Of a stretch of 64,000 nucleotides of DNA, positions 24,283 to 37,237 are shown one piece after another. Under the pieces are notes generated by a model, which searched no databases, was not told the DNA's origin, and was given only the letters and a program-made list of their open reading frames with translations. This DNA is from Octopus vulgaris (lineage: Eukaryota): the NCBI GenBank assembly GCA_951406725.2, contig OX597833.1:31620001-31684000 (forward strand), written 5' to 3'. The position numbers and the translations under genes are program-made. The number at the start of each line of letters is the position of its first letter. Position 1 is the first letter of the stretch.

Positions 24283-27063
24283 TTACTTCCTGGGAACCAT
24301 GGGTGGAAGGTTCGAGAAATATGCATGCAGTCTGGTGACATAGGTCGCCGGATCATGGGGCTGGGAAGTGTCTGGCACCAACATCGTACCAGGCAATGCC
24401 AGTGTGGTACCATACAGCAGCTCTGCAGAAGAAAACCCCAGGTCTGCCTTGACAGCAGTCCGACAACTGAGAAGCACAATGGGCAGAAATTCAATCCAGG
24501 ACTGTGGATCTGAAGAGGCACGAAGAGCGGCCTTGAGCTGTCTATGGAACCGTTCAACTAATCCATTAGATGCTGGATGGTAGCTAGTAGTGTGGATATG
24601 ATGCACACCTAAAATGCGCGACAATTCGCGAAATAGCGAGGCTTCAAACTGACGTCCACAATCAGTAGTCAATCGGGACGGGACTCCGAAGCAGGAAATC
24701 CAGTTTGAAACGAAAGCTCGCGCAACAGTCTCAGCAGATATGTCTGCTATCGGAATGGCTTCTGGCCAGCGGGAGAAGCGATCGACACAAGTTAACAGAT
24801 AAGAAAACCCGTGACTCACCGGCCATGGTCCAACCAGATCGATGTGGACATGGCGAAAACGGGCCTCCGTGGGGGGAAAACGTCCAAGCGGGGCACGAAC
24901 GTGCCGTTGAATCTTGGACCGTTGACACTTGGAGCAGGTGCGTGTCCATGAAGTAATAGTGCGACGCATATTCGGCCAGAAAAACCGAGCAGTGATTAGT
25001 TTAAGGGTGGCAGCGATGCCAGGATGTGATAAGGAGTGCAGTGCTTCAAACACTGAGCGTTGATGATTCTCAGGCACGAGTGGTCTGAGAGAACCAGTGG
25101 AAGTATCACAAAGAATGGTGCCTTCGGCTGACAGAAGCGGAAGGTAGGAAAACTGGCAACAGGAGAACTTGGGAGAAGTTAAGTCTAACGACGCCAAAGG
25201 TGGCTGCTCCTGCAAGATAGCAGCAGGAGACGAAAGGGCACAGACTGGAAGGCGAGAGAGAGCATCAGCAGGAACGTTCTCTTTTCCAGGTATGTGTCGA
25301 ATGTTACTAGTGAATTGAGAGATAAAATCCAGGTGCCGGAAAGCACGAGGTGAGAGTTTGTCCATTTTTGAACACAGGGCAAACGTAAGGGGCTTGTGAT
25401 CCGTATAGATCACAAAATCTCGCCCTTCAAGTTGATGCTGGAAATGACGAACCGATAGATAGATCGCTAGGAGCTCATGATCAAAGGTGCTGTATCGTCG
25501 TTCAGCTGGTTGCAGTTGGCGGGAAAAGAAAGCCAGAGGTCGAATATGATCATCCACTGTGTGTTGTAACACAGCGCCATTCGCAGTGTCCGATGCGTCT
25601 ACAGTCAAAGAGAGAGAAGCACCAGGAACTGGATGTGCAAGCAAAGAAACAGAAGCCAGCTCCTTCTTAATGGACGCAAAGGCTGTCACTGCCTCAACTG
25701 AGAGGGTGACTTGACCGTCCTTTCTAGGAGTGTCCTTTAATAGCCTGGTGAGAGGTAGTAGCTTATCTGCACAACCGGGAATAAAACGTCTGTAGAAATT
25801 GATCATCCCTAGATAATGCCTGAGCTGGCGCAAGGAAGTGGGGGGTGCGATGCGTTGAATGGCATCGACCTTCGACGAGAGAGGGCTGATTCCACTCGAA
25901 TCAATATGATGGCCTAGAAAATCTAGGGAAGAGCGTCTGAAAACACACTTGTCGGGATTTATACGTATACTATAAGCGCGAAGACGCTGAAAAAGCTGAG
26001 AAAGGTGCTGGAGATGATTTTCACGTGTATCGCTCGCAATGAGTATATCATCGACATAGGCAAACACAAAATCAAGACCGCGGACAACCTCATCAATGAA
26101 ACGCTGGAAAGTGCTAGTAGCATTCCGCAAACCGAAACTCATATACAAAAACTCAAAACACCCAAAAGGGGTAGTGATCGCAGTTTTCGGAACGTCGGCT
26201 GGGTTGACCGGTATTTGATGGTACGCGCGTATAAGGTCGACCTTCGAAAAAAAGGTACAACCATGGAGATTTGCCGTCAAGTACTGTAGATTTCTGATTG
26301 GATATCTGTTGGCTATTGTTACGGCATTGAGGCGTCGATAGTCTCCAACTGGGCGAAAATCAGACTCGCCCTTTCGCACCAAATGAAGGGGAGACGCCCA
26401 TGGGCTGGTGGAGGGGCATATAAGGCCAAGTTGAAGCATGTGCTCAAACTCGGCCCTAGCCGTTTTTAGTCGGTCAGGCGCAAGGCGCCGTGGGCGCGAA
26501 AATACAGGCGGCCCACTGGTGGTGATAAAATGGAGGGTCGAGTGGGTAGGCTTTTCCGGTTGAAAGGCAATGTCCACTAGCTCCGGAAATGAAGCCAAAA
26601 GAGAGTGAAAAGTGTCTCCAGAGGTGGCAACAAAGAATGTCAGGCTAAGGACCGCATTGGTGGAACTCCCAGTCGTTGTAGAGAGCGACGTCATGCTATC
26701 AAGAAGCCTCCAACGCCTGACATCCACCAATAGATTAAACCTATCCAAGAAATCAGCGCCGAGAATAGGATGCGGGATGTCAGCGATGACGAAAACCCAT
26801 TGAAAATCTCGACGAAGGTTGATGTCGAGGCGCAGCGAAATCTGACCGAAGGTTGTTATGGGAGACGAGTCAATGGCATGCAAGACAATTGAAGAGCGCT
26901 TGGGCTTGTCTGCAGCCAGACGAAGGGGCCAGATGCTGCAACAAGAGCCGGTGTCCACCATGAAGAATTTCTTCGACACCAGATCTTTTACGAAGAACGC
27001 ACGATTTTTGGGAAACGAGAAGGAAGAAGGTGACGTGCTCACCTCCTCCGGATTTAGTTTCCC
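24283..27063 (-). CDS. pol: Gypsy pol (protease, RT, RNase H, integrase); GPY/F tail continues frameshifted to 23862
   Basis: [49 protein letters not shown]; PYKGPF..VSVDRLK in the next frame. Confidence 0.92.
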   Translation of the reverse strand, partial: GKLNPEEVSTSPSSFSFPKNRAFFVKDLVSKKFFMVDTGSCCSIWPLRLAADKPKRSSIVLHAIDSSPITTFGQISLRLDINLRRDFQWVFVIADIPHPILGADFLDRFNLLVDVRRWRLLDSMTSLSTTTGSSTNAVLSLTFFVATSGDTFHSLLASFPELVDIAFQPEKPTHSTLHFITTSGPPVFSRPRRLAPDRLKTARAEFEHMLQLGLICPSTSPWASPLHLVRKGESDFRPVGDYRRLNAVTIANRYPIRNLQYLTANLHGCTFFSKVDLIRAYHQIPVNPADVPKTAITTPFGCFEFLYMSFGLRNATSTFQRFIDEVVRGLDFVFAYVDDILIASDTRENHLQHLSQLFQRLRAYSIRINPDKCVFRRSSLDFLGHHIDSSGISPLSSKVDAIQRIAPPTSLRQLRHYLGMINFYRRFIPGCADKLLPLTRLLKDTPRKDGQVTLSVEAVTAFASIKKELASVSLLAHPVPGASLSLTVDASDTANGAVLQHTVDDHIRPLAFFSRQLQPAERRYSTFDHELLAIYLSVRHFQHQLEGRDFVIYTDHKPLTFALCSKMDKLSPRAFRHLDFISQFTSNIRHIPGKENVPADALSRLPVCALSSPAAILQEQPPLASLDLTSPKFSCCQFSYLPLLSAEGTILCDTSTGSLRPLVPENHQRSVFEALHSLSHPGIAATLKLITARFFWPNMRRTITSWTRTCSKCQRSKIQRHVRAPLGRFPPTEARFRHVHIDLVGPWPVSHGFSYLLTCVDRFSRWPEAIPIADISAETVARAFVSNWISCFGVPSRLTTDCGRQFEASLFRELSRILGVHHIHTTSYHPASNGLVERFHRQLKAALRASSDPQSWIEFLPIVLLSCRTAVKADLGFSSAELLYGTTLALPGTMLVPDTSQPHDPATYVTRLHAYFSNLPPMVPRK
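27022..27063 (-). other. -1 programmed ribosomal frameshift signal
   Basis: G GGA AAC heptamer directly before gag TAA, 7-nt spacer, hairpin GGAGGAGGTGA-GCACG-TCACCTTCTTCC; -1 frame is pol. Confidence 0.8.
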
Positions 27064-27383
27064 GAGGGCTGGAAAGTGCACGGCTGGGTACACCGTTCTG
27101 CCTTTTCGGCATACTTTGAATGGTACCAGCACCAGCCGGAACGAGAAACAGAGTCACTCCGACTACGGGAAACAGAGCCACTGCAACTACGACTGCGAAG
27201 TTGGCGCCCGATCGCACGGCACAGATCATCGATTCGCTGCATAAGCGCATCGATCTTCTTGGCTAATGAATTGTTCGTCGGAGAAGGTGTCGGAGGGGAC
27301 TCTGTACATGCGTACAGGCCCCGCGATGGAGATGGTCGCGAAAACTCTAATATTTGTGAATGAGGCAAACCTGATGCAGCCAT
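27054..27383 (-). CDS. gag: Internally deleted gag (109 aa)
   Basis: RSRS-rich segment plus WCWYH..Y..KA..C..PC C-terminus; capsid core absent. Confidence 0.7.
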   Translation of the reverse strand: MAASGLPHSQILEFSRPSPSRGLYACTESPPTPSPTNNSLAKKIDALMQRIDDLCRAIGRQLRSRSCSGSVSRSRSDSVSRSGWCWYHSKYAEKAERCTQPCTFQPSGN

Positions 27384-28183
27384 GTTTGTCGGAAGGATCG
27401 TCTGTCAGGAGGGGCAGAAGGTATGAACGAGAAATGGAGAGAGAACACGTGGAACCGACAAAACAAATCAAAATGGTTTTTTTGTGTACTGGTGTGTGTG
27501 TGAGTGCACCTCGTGGGTAGTAAAAAATAAGTGTGTGTGTGTACAAAGGAAAACAAGGTACAGAAAAGAAAAAATATAATGTGTGTGTGTTTTCTTTTTT
27601 TTTTTTCAGTGTACTGAGTCCGATGAATAAAGCTTTTGTTTGTACCCACCTCGCTGTCCTGAAAAGAAAAGAAAAATGAAAATGAAACTGAGTGTTCAGT
27701 GCTCTATCTGGCAAAACCTGTTCGCTGCGTCTTCTGTTCTTTTTTTTTTCTACTTGGGGTCACCAATTGTAACAGGATCTGGTATCGGTATCACTGAAAG
27801 GGTGTCGATCCGATCCCGTCACATACAATTTAGTTAGATATAACAGACGAAGTCAGGTTATCGGTGAAAGACAGCAGTTTGTTTATTAATCGCGATGGTG
27901 TACGTATATCTGATGGGAAAACGACAGCCGAATCTGTTGTACAGCTTCTTGTTCGTTGGTTGAAGTGGTTCAATGTCGTCCGCGGCTAAGTCGGTGTGGT
28001 TATCAGAGACTACCAATGCACGTCTGTTCACAATGGCTGAAATGCCCAGAGCAAATGAAGGAGTCTAGTGGGCCTTAGGGATCAGTTTCCCGCTCATGCG
28101 CATGGGGAAGACTTCCGGTGGCCACCCGGAAGTAGTCCCATTCTGCGCATGCGCGCTGAACCCTACACAGTAGCATCACTACA

Positions 28184-28747
28184 AAAGTATCGAATTGTAG
28201 TTTAAATAATTTATTTGATCAACATTTACATTTACGTGTTGAATACAAAAGGAAAGCCGCTACATGACGTTACCAACTTGCTTCGAGTTGGCGAAGTAAA
28301 AATGAACAGGAGAAATATTGTGTCGATGTGATGAGGTAGAACCGGGCATGTTTTGTGCTTGTGTGTACGTTAGTCATTCGGTCATGTCTGTCTATGTTCT
28401 GCAACTGCTACTGTGCTGTTTCGTTCATGCTAAATATGTGGTTCTGTGTTGGCTGCTTGACTGGTGCAAGTTAACTGCTGTCTGTCAACGTTTGCCTCTT
28501 GCTGGCTATCTGGTTATCTGTTGTGTGTCTGACTGTATTTATAATCGTCATCCTAACTAGAAGAACAGACATACCATAGGAATAATTTCTACCTATGTAG
28601 GTAACCTGCTGTCCACTTGAACCTTCAATGACACAGCTCAGGTCGGAGGTCGAATGGAAATCCATCTATTCCTTTTTGACAGGACAAAGAAATTTCATTC
28701 ACGCCTGTTTGGCCAGTGGTGGATCAGGCAGGCGAGAATCCTTAGAT
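28184..28747. repeat. Old repeat split by the Gypsy insertion (with ~23250-23313); paralog at ~37980-38510
   Basis: Shared TGTAGTTTAAATAATTTATTTGATCAACA, TTCTGCAACTGCTACTGTG, GACACAGCTCAG.TCGGAGGT, TTTTTGACAGGACAA. Confidence 0.8.
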
Positions 28748-30310
28748 TAGTTTTCGAAAAAGGAAGTGTTAGTTTTTACACTACCCTGCTTCTAGTGAGA
28801 AAGCTAAAGGGATCGAAAGATACAGATGCGTGTGATATTGGAAATGTATGATTTGGTGTGTAATGCAGAAAATGGATACAGTGTCATTTACAAACAAATG
28901 AATACATGTCAAAAACATTTGAAATGAAAAAAATGTAAAGCAAAAAAACAAAAAAAATCAATGTTCAACGTTGGTGTGTGCAATATATGTTAAGCCATGT
29001 GTATATGCCTAGGCAGAAGCATAAATGTAATATGCTGGTGCATTGAAAGAGATATGCAACTCTATTGATTAGGCAACCCACTGAAGGTCTAATAGAGGTA
29101 AGTTATCTTGCAGTGGTGTGGAGAGCAAGTGATAGCACACATGAAAATATGAGTGTGTAAGCATACAGGTGGGATGTAGAGAGCAAAAAAATTTTAAACA
29201 AAACAAAACATATGTGCATGCAAGAAAATGTAATTTTACAGAAAAATGAAAATGTCCATGCAAAAATTTCATTGGTGAAATGTTCAGTCAATTCAATTAG
29301 AAGAACAATGTTTGGCGCACATAGCAGAGCTGTAACCCAACCCCTCTCAAATGTAAAAAAAATTTTTTTTACGGAAACACGTTTTCGGCTATGAAGATTC
29401 CGATTCTGAAAAAAAAATTGGCAAAAATCTCAACTTCAAAATTTGAATTCCACTCCCACACACCAACACACACACACACACACAGACACTGTCTGTTGAT
29501 TGGCTAAAATTACCCAAATTTCCCAACTTTAATTCCAAATAACATCAGATTCTGTAATTTACAAGATAAAGTAATTGGTTGGGTGTATTCAAAATTCAGA
29601 GTTGCATCGACAGCAAAATTGAAAGCAATCTGAGCAAAATTAAGGGGGGACTCATTTTGCGAATGAGAAAGACTAGATCCTTGGGGGATCAATCCAAGTA
29701 TTCTGGATTATTTTTTTATATTTTTATTACCTTACATACCTTTCACATAGTTCTCTTGTACACGCACACACATACACAGTTTCAGCGTTGAACATTATCA
29801 TCCCATTTCCATTGTACACACACACACACACACACATACAAGCATGAAAACATACCTCTCTTTTATACACACATATACTCAAACTTCAAATATGGTTTAT
29901 TGGTTTTTTCACTCCTTCCTTCATTATTCATCTATCACCCCTTCCTTTCTCATTCATATGACGCTCTCTTTGTCATTTATCTCCTCTACCTTCACCCCTC
30001 ACTCTGGCTCCGTTTTATATATATTCTCGTATATTCCATTTTCCGTCTTTCATTTGCCATATATATATATATATATATATATATTTCCGTGAGAGTTAGA
30101 GGTTGGAAAGCTAACCACCTGGACAAAATAACATGAATTTTGGAAGGCAACACTTGAAGTCTATGACTTATTCTCTTTCCTTTACCTAATCCATTTTACT
30201 AAATGTTACTCCTCTCACAGTCTTGCTCCTATTCTTCTTATGCACTCTTCAATGAGAGAAATATACTGTATCTGTTAGTAACTGACTCTTGTATGTATCG
30301 GCTCTCCTAA

Positions 30311-30449
30311 CCAGTTAGACCCGCTGATGAAGCCTAGAGGCACACCCAGCATCCAAACTCTATCTACCCATCCCTACAGAACACTGAAGAGATGGAACTA
30401 GCATGGAGGATATCGTGGCCTCTTGGCAGAAATGGCTATAAGGAACTGA
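30311..30449 (+). ncRNA. Hammerhead-like motif with greatly extended stem II (probable PLE repeat relic)
   Basis: CTGATGA-A-GCCTAGAGG[78 nt]CCTCTTGGC-A-GAAA-TGGCTA-TA-AGG; CAGTT/AACTG distal stem I. Confidence 0.55.
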
Positions 30450-32059
30450 TTTTTTAATCTTTTACTCTTTTATGTTTTACTATTATTACTATTACTAGTA
30501 TATATTTGTGCAGCATACAGTCTTTGCATGTGTATCTATTCTTATAATATTCCCTTTTGTTTTGGAATAAACTGACACAATCAAATGTCTACCAGCTGAT
30601 GTATGTCATTTTAGTTTCCCCTCCATTTTCTTTGATCACTGCTATTTGCGATAACAGCATGTCCTTTATCGCAAATACCTGTTCAGTGGTAGCAGGAATT
30701 GTTAAAAATACCAGCCTAAATGGTTCATAACAATGTTTCACTTAGTTTGTTCCAATTTTAATTCAAATTTACACATTTACCATTCAATGACCAGTTCATA
30801 ATTATCGCACCTGTTACAATGTTGGAAGTTATTTACATTTGCAGTTTCATATTAACACTTTAATTAACATGACATTGAAATGACGTGCAAATGGCTCCTT
30901 TCCACAGAAAATGAAAGATTTGACAGCTATTTCTAGCATGAGCTGCTACCAAGTAACAGCTATTTGCAAATATCTGTTCTGTGTTAGCAGGACGTGCTAG
31001 AAATACCAGCCAAATCAGTTAATGTTTACAAGTACACCTGCATGTCAACCCCCACCACTTTTCTTTCTTTCTTTTCTAGCAGATTCCCATGTTTTTGATG
31101 ACGGACATTCCAATTATGCAAAAAAAAAATCTTTCATTTCCAATTCGCTGTCCCTACCCCAAACTTTTACATTTTCATTTTTTTCAAAACAATTTCTTAC
31201 TTCTTGCCTAATGTGGGTGCCGAGCAATCTTTTACATTGGTTCAGTCAATTTTTTACATTTTAACTTCTTCTCCATTTCTTTTCTTCAGTTTACTTCAAA
31301 ACATACTGAGATTAAGAATAGAGGAACAGGGTACTTGATTCCAAGCAAAAAAAAATTCGAGTTTTTTGTTTTTCTTAGTAAAACATGTACAGGTACACTT
31401 ATCAAAATTTACTAATAATTTTTCATTTCTTGATTAATGCAGGTCTGCAGACCTACCAGCTTACCTATTACCATTCGTAGACTTAGATGCAGCATAAATG
31501 GGAGCTTCTGCCCCATGAGCACCAAAAAACAAAACTAGGCAATTCATCCAATTGCTCTTTCATTAACCCTTTCCTTATCCAATCCCAGGCTACGATGGTG
31601 CTCATGGCTAATGTAAACCACAAGCATCCAGAATTTAATTTGCTGATGAGTTATTAGTTTTTAAAAAATTTACACATGCCTTACTTACGGTCCATGGAGT
31701 GTCAAGGACCAAAACAATTTCTAACTTCTTGCCTAATGCGGGTGCGGAGCAATCTTTTACACTGGTTCACTATTATGTGCCAAAAGTGAGAGAATAGCAT
31801 CTGTATTGTAATGTCATATAGAATTGCTTCAGTTTTATTGTTATACTTTCCAATCTAATGTGATAAGACTATAATATTGTTTCACTTTTATTGTTTCCAT
31901 TTTCATGTTAATGTCTTAACGCTAACATCATCTTATTTTACACATTTACCATTCAACTACCTGTTAATTATTACTGCAGCAGTTGCAAGTTATTTACAGT
32001 TACATAGTAACTTTTCAATCAATATTTAATACTTAACTGTGTATCTGAGTGCATTTCCT

Positions 32060-35000
32060 TCTGCTTATTTTCGGTCACACCAAAGGAAGAGTTATTCAAT
32101 TGGCTGAAAAACTGTGAAAGCAGCAAGATCATCAGCAAAGAGGGCAAATGAATCGTCACTGGAAACTTCTATTAGACAATCACAAAATGCTGAACGTACA
32201 GCCACTACAAGAGCACTCCAAACAGATGACTAGCATACAGTTCGACAAACCACTGATGCTACCTTAACTGCTACTACACAAGCTGCAGAGACACCAGTGT
32301 AAAGTTCAACAAACTGTTGATGCTGCATGAGCTGCAGACACTGAACACCAGCATAAGGTTCAACAAACTGCTGATGCTACCTCAACTGCTGCTGCATGAG
32401 CTGCAGAGACTGAACACTAGCGTAAACTTCGATGAACTGCTGATGCTGCATCAGATGCGGAGACTGAACACCACTGTGAAGTTCAACGAACAGTTGATGC
32501 TGCATCAGCTGCAGAGAACAAAGACCAGCACATTACACGCCTGATCAGGAATTCTGCCAACATGGCTGCTGCATGAGCTTCCCACACCTTACAACAGAAA
32601 TTTACTATGCTGCAGACTTCCATTCAACAAAGAGCTAATAGACGGGGCTTTTCAATGCCATGCAGCTCATGATGGTCGTTAAAAGCTTTCAACTACAACC
32701 CTAAGCTTCATTATGATTGCCACCAACATATGAACATTGGAAATATGTCCATCACTTGCTCTTTCTGCAACGCTAAGAAGTGGTCAAGAAAATTCTGCTA
32801 TGTGTTGTGTAAATGGAAAAGTGAACCCCACTCCAATGGAGGATCCACCACAACCTTTGAAGTCACTTTACGCTGGCACAACTACAGAATCTAAACATTT
32901 CCTCAGTAACATCTGGAAGTACAATTGTGCATTCCAAATGACATCTTTTGGTGCGAATGTTGTTCAGGATGGCGGGTTTATGCCTACTTTTAAAATGCAG
33001 AGACAGATATGCCATATGATAGGATCGCTCGAACCTGCTGAAAATCAAGATCCTTAATTCCTTCAACTGTACTTTGTGGGCAATTTATATAAACAAGCCA
33101 CCCGATGAAACTCCATTTTGACTGGCACTAACTTTCACCTGACGATGCAACTCCAAGACCTTTTGCCCCAGAAAAACAGCTACGTATGCAGCTTCAAATA
33201 TGCCTTGGAAATAGAAGCTTGATCAAATTTTAATGTTGTCATTAATGCTCAGAAAAGACTATCTTGGGAACATGCAAGCCGTTACAATGCACCCACCTGC
33301 AATGAAATAGCTGTACTCCATCACAGTGAACAGCACAATCCCAGAGACATTGTCCTCAGGCAACATGACACTACCCTCCAACGAATTAGTGAAACACACC
33401 AATCCTACGATACGCTTCAATATCCACTTCTGTTTGTTAATGGTGAGGATGGCTACCACATCAGTATACTACAGCAAGATCCCCAAAATCCTAATGAACA
33501 TCTCAAGAAGCCAGTATCCTGCAAGAACTTCTACGCATACTGGTTTATGATTTGAAACAACTGCTGTAATCACCTCCACCAGTCTCAAGAGCTGTTTCAT
33601 CAATTTGCAGTCGATATCTGCACAAAAATGGAATTGGAGAGATTGTTTCATCAGGTCACACCAAGCAAATTGCGCTCTGCGAGCTACATCCATCTCTGAG
33701 ATGTCATCAACAATGATGCTGCTCCAATAAGTCGAGAAAAAGTTTGCATCTTGTTCACTGGAAGTCCCTGATATATGCATGAAAAACGCAGGATGCAATG
33801 ACCTTTGTGTGCCATTATGGCAGGTCTAACCTGTTCATAACTTTCACATGCAATCCCAAGTGGAAGGAGACTGAGGCTGAACTCTTCATGGGTCAAAAGC
33901 CTAAAGACCTCCTTGCCTGAATTTTCCATCTGAAGTTAATCACTCTCATAGAGCACATAAAAAAAGGGCAAGTCTTTGAACCTGTACACAATCCACATGC
34001 TCATATCCTGCTTTGGCTCTCAATGATGATCAAATTCATTGGCATCAACAAGATAATCTCTGCAGAGCATCCTGATCTATCTGTAGAGAAAGTACTGTAC
34101 AACATAGTTAAGGCAAACATGGTGCATGGTCCATGTGGGCATGGCTTCAACATAAACTCACCATGCTTGAAAGACAGCGTATGTTCCAAAAGGTTTCCAA
34201 GGAGGTTCCTACAAGAAACTCAGACAGGTACTGATGGTTACCCATCAAATAGACAGAGAAAAACCAGAAGACGGCAGTTTCACAGCAACTATCGGACAGC
34301 ACGAGGTTGATAACACATGGATTGTTCCCTACTGCCCATTCCTGTCAAAGACTTTCAATGCCCACATCAATGTTAAGTTTTGCAACACAGATAAGTCCAT
34401 AAAGTATGTTTGTAAGTATGTGAACAAGGGTCCCTACACTGCAATGTTTGGACTTCAACAAGAACACTGCCAGGATGAGGTGATGCAGTATCAGGTGGGG
34501 CAGTACATAAGTAGCAACGAGGTTTTCTGGTGCATCTTTGGCTTTCCACTTCACCAACAACACCCCGCCATTCAACAGCTTGCAGTTAACCTGGAAAATG
34601 GTCAAAGGGTGTACTTCACCAATGCTAATGCTTCTCTGTAGGCAGAGGAACCAAGGGCACAATGCTCACTGCATTTTTCAAGCTTTGCCAAGTTGATCTA
34701 TTCACAGATTCCATCGTATTACACTTGGAATGGAAAAAAATGGGCCCAAAGGAAGGCAGGTCAAAATGTTCATGGATACCCTGGCATTAAAGGTATCGAC
34801 ACTTGCCTTGGGTAGTTTACACAGTGCATCCCAGTCAACACAAATGCTACTACCTCCTACTACTGCATGAGATCAGAGGACCAATGTGTTTCCAGGTCCT
34901 AAAAACCGTTCATGGACATGTCTGTGCAACATACAGAGAAGCCTGCTATCGACAATGTCTGTTAGAAGACAGTGCACAATGGGATGCAACTTTGGGAGAG

Positions 35001-36950
35001 GCTACTGTATCGGAATCACCTAAAAGTCTCAGGTCACTATTTGCAGTATTACTACAGACATGCAAACTGTGATCCTGCCTCTGTATGACTCAAATACAGA
35101 GACAACCTGACTGAAGACTTTAAGTGGAAAGCTCAACTGCTCTATCCTGACATGGAGGGTATCAGTGATGAAGCCTACAACAGAGCTCTGATTGACATTG
35201 AAGACTGAATTGCTACACTGGGTGGAAATGAATTGCCCACATATGGCCTGCAACAAAAACATTCAGGTCAGGCTCAAATAGCCTTCCTACTGCTGTCCTT
35301 CATGAAACATCCTATGACACTGAAGCGCTTTTCAAGTACATTGTTGAAAACAAGCCAAAATTACTTCCGGACCAGCTGCATGCCAACAGAACTATTCTTA
35401 ACAAGGTATGCCAATGCAAGGAAAGCATCTTCTTCCCAGATGCTCCTGGAGGGACAGGAAAAACATTTGTTATGAAGCTTCTCCTTGAAGAAGTTAGGCA
35501 GCACCAGGATATCACAGTAGTTGTGGCTTCCTCTGGGCTTGCAGCTACTTTGTTACTCTGGGAGAACAGCGCACTCGACTTTTAAACTTCCTCTGAATTT
35601 ACCAGCATCCAAGATGCCTTCATGCAACATCAGCAAAAGCTCAGATCAGGGGCAGCTCCTTAAAAGATGTCATCTAATTGTCTGGGATGAGTGCATCATG
35701 GCTCACAAGGGAGCTTTGGAATCATTAGATAGAACCCTGAAAGACATTCCAGACTGTCAGGCTCCAATAGGAGATGTAACACTTCTGTTGTCAGGTGATT
35801 TCAGGCAAACTTTTCCTGTCATTCCGAAAGGCACTAGAGCAGATGAGGTCTAAGTGTGCCTAAAGTCCTCTACCTTGTGGCATCATGGCGAGCTGGCAGA
35901 AACGTTAGCATGCTGGGCGAAATGCGTAGCCGTATTTTGTCTGCCGTAACGTTCTGAGTTAAAATTCCGTTGAGGTCGACTTTGCCTTTCATCCTTTCGG
36001 GGTCGATAAATTAAGCACCAGTTACGCACTGGGGTCGATATAATCAGCTTGATCCATCTGTCTGTCCTTGTTTGTCATCTCTGTGTTTAGCCCCTTGTGG
36101 GTAGTAAAGAAATAGGCATCATGTTACAATCCTGAGTTTTACCACTAATATGAGAGCTCAACTACACGGTGACCAAATGTCCGCAAAGTTTGCACAGGAC
36201 ATTTTGACACTTGCCGATGGCAAGGTGCCTCTCGACACTGCAGGAGAAATGGAAGTGTGGCCATTTTCTTCTATTGTTAATTCTCAAACACAAAGTCTTT
36301 CCCAACTTCACAGAAAATTACAAAAACCACAATTGGCTATGTGAAGGAGCAATAATGGCTCCAAAAAACATCACTGTTATTTAAATAAACCAACAACTTA
36401 GGCATTCTCTTCCCAGCAGTCTTCACACTCACAAGTCTTTTTGAAACAATTCCAGATGAAAATGAAGTGGTGAACTATCTTCCAGAATTTCTCAATTCAT
36501 TGGAGCCTCCTGGACTACCTCCCCACATATTAGCACTTAGAGTTGGAACTCCTGTAATGCTACTCCGCAATCTGGAACTGCCAAAACTTTGCAGTGGGAC
36601 ACAACTGGTGGTAAAGAAAATGATGTCACATGTTATCAAGGCTATCATTCTTTCTGGATGAGGAAAAGGTGATGACATCTTCATTCCAAGAGTTCCTCTT
36701 ACTCCATCAAGAGCAGAAATTCCATTTTCGTTTGGAAGACTGCAATTCCCCCTTCATGCCAGTTTTGCAATGTCCATTAACAAATCCCAGAGTCAAACCC
36801 TGTCTGTGGCTGGTCTTTTCTTAGAAGAGCCCTGCTTCTCACACGGACAATTGTGTTGGCTGCTCAAGAGTAGGAGGCAAAAGAAACCTCTTTGCTTACA
36901 CTCCAGAAGGAAAAACAAGGAACATCGTTTACAACAAGGTGTTATAATCA
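32060..36950 (+). pseudogene. Decayed Helitron Rep/PIF1 helicase; element probably starts near 30495
   Basis: CCVNGKV..PP, YNCAFQMTSFG, PHAHILLW, HGPCG, WIVPY, FNAHINV, KYVNKG, PGGTGKTF, GRTAHSTFKLP, IVWDE, GDFRQ, PPGLPPH, INKSQSQT, FSHGQL; many stops and frameshifts. Confidence 0.92.
35887..36114 (+). mobile_element. SINE inserted in Helitron helicase, TSD GGCATCAT
   Basis: Same family as 13026-13259; TSD at 35879-35886 and 36115-36122. Confidence 0.9.
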
Positions 36951-37055
36951 CAACTGCCAGGAGGTAGGTACACAATCACCTTTCTTACCAAACTTCATGT
37001 ACTTTTATGTACGTATATTTATATACATATATGTGTGTGTATATGTATATATATA

Positions 37056-37096
<41 letters not shown>

Positions 37097-37100
<4 letters not shown>

Positions 37101-37237
37101 GGAAGACGAACACAGGTAGACAACAAACAGATGTATTAGTATAACGCTTGGGAAGTGAAAAAGTCTTTAATGTTTCTAGCCTGCGCTCTTCCACAGAAAG
37201 AAACAAAGAGAGAAAATAAAGAATGTGTAGTGGCTAG
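37097..37237 (-). mobile_element. PLE-type repeat relic with degenerate hammerhead
   Basis: Minus CTGTGGAA-GAGC-GCAG-GCTA-GAAACATT, similar to the 4128-4160 motif. Confidence 0.4.

Larger units (their letters stand above)
23314..28183 (-). mobile_element. Ty3/Gypsy LTR retrotransposon with two 416-bp LTRs and 4-bp TSD AAAG
   Basis: LTRs 23314-23729 and 27768-28183 (TG...CA), ~11 differences by eye; PBS TGGTGACCCC (tRNA-Trp-like) at 27756-27765; PPT GAGGGGGAG at ~23733-23741; TSD 23310-23313 and 28184-28187. Confidence 0.95.
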
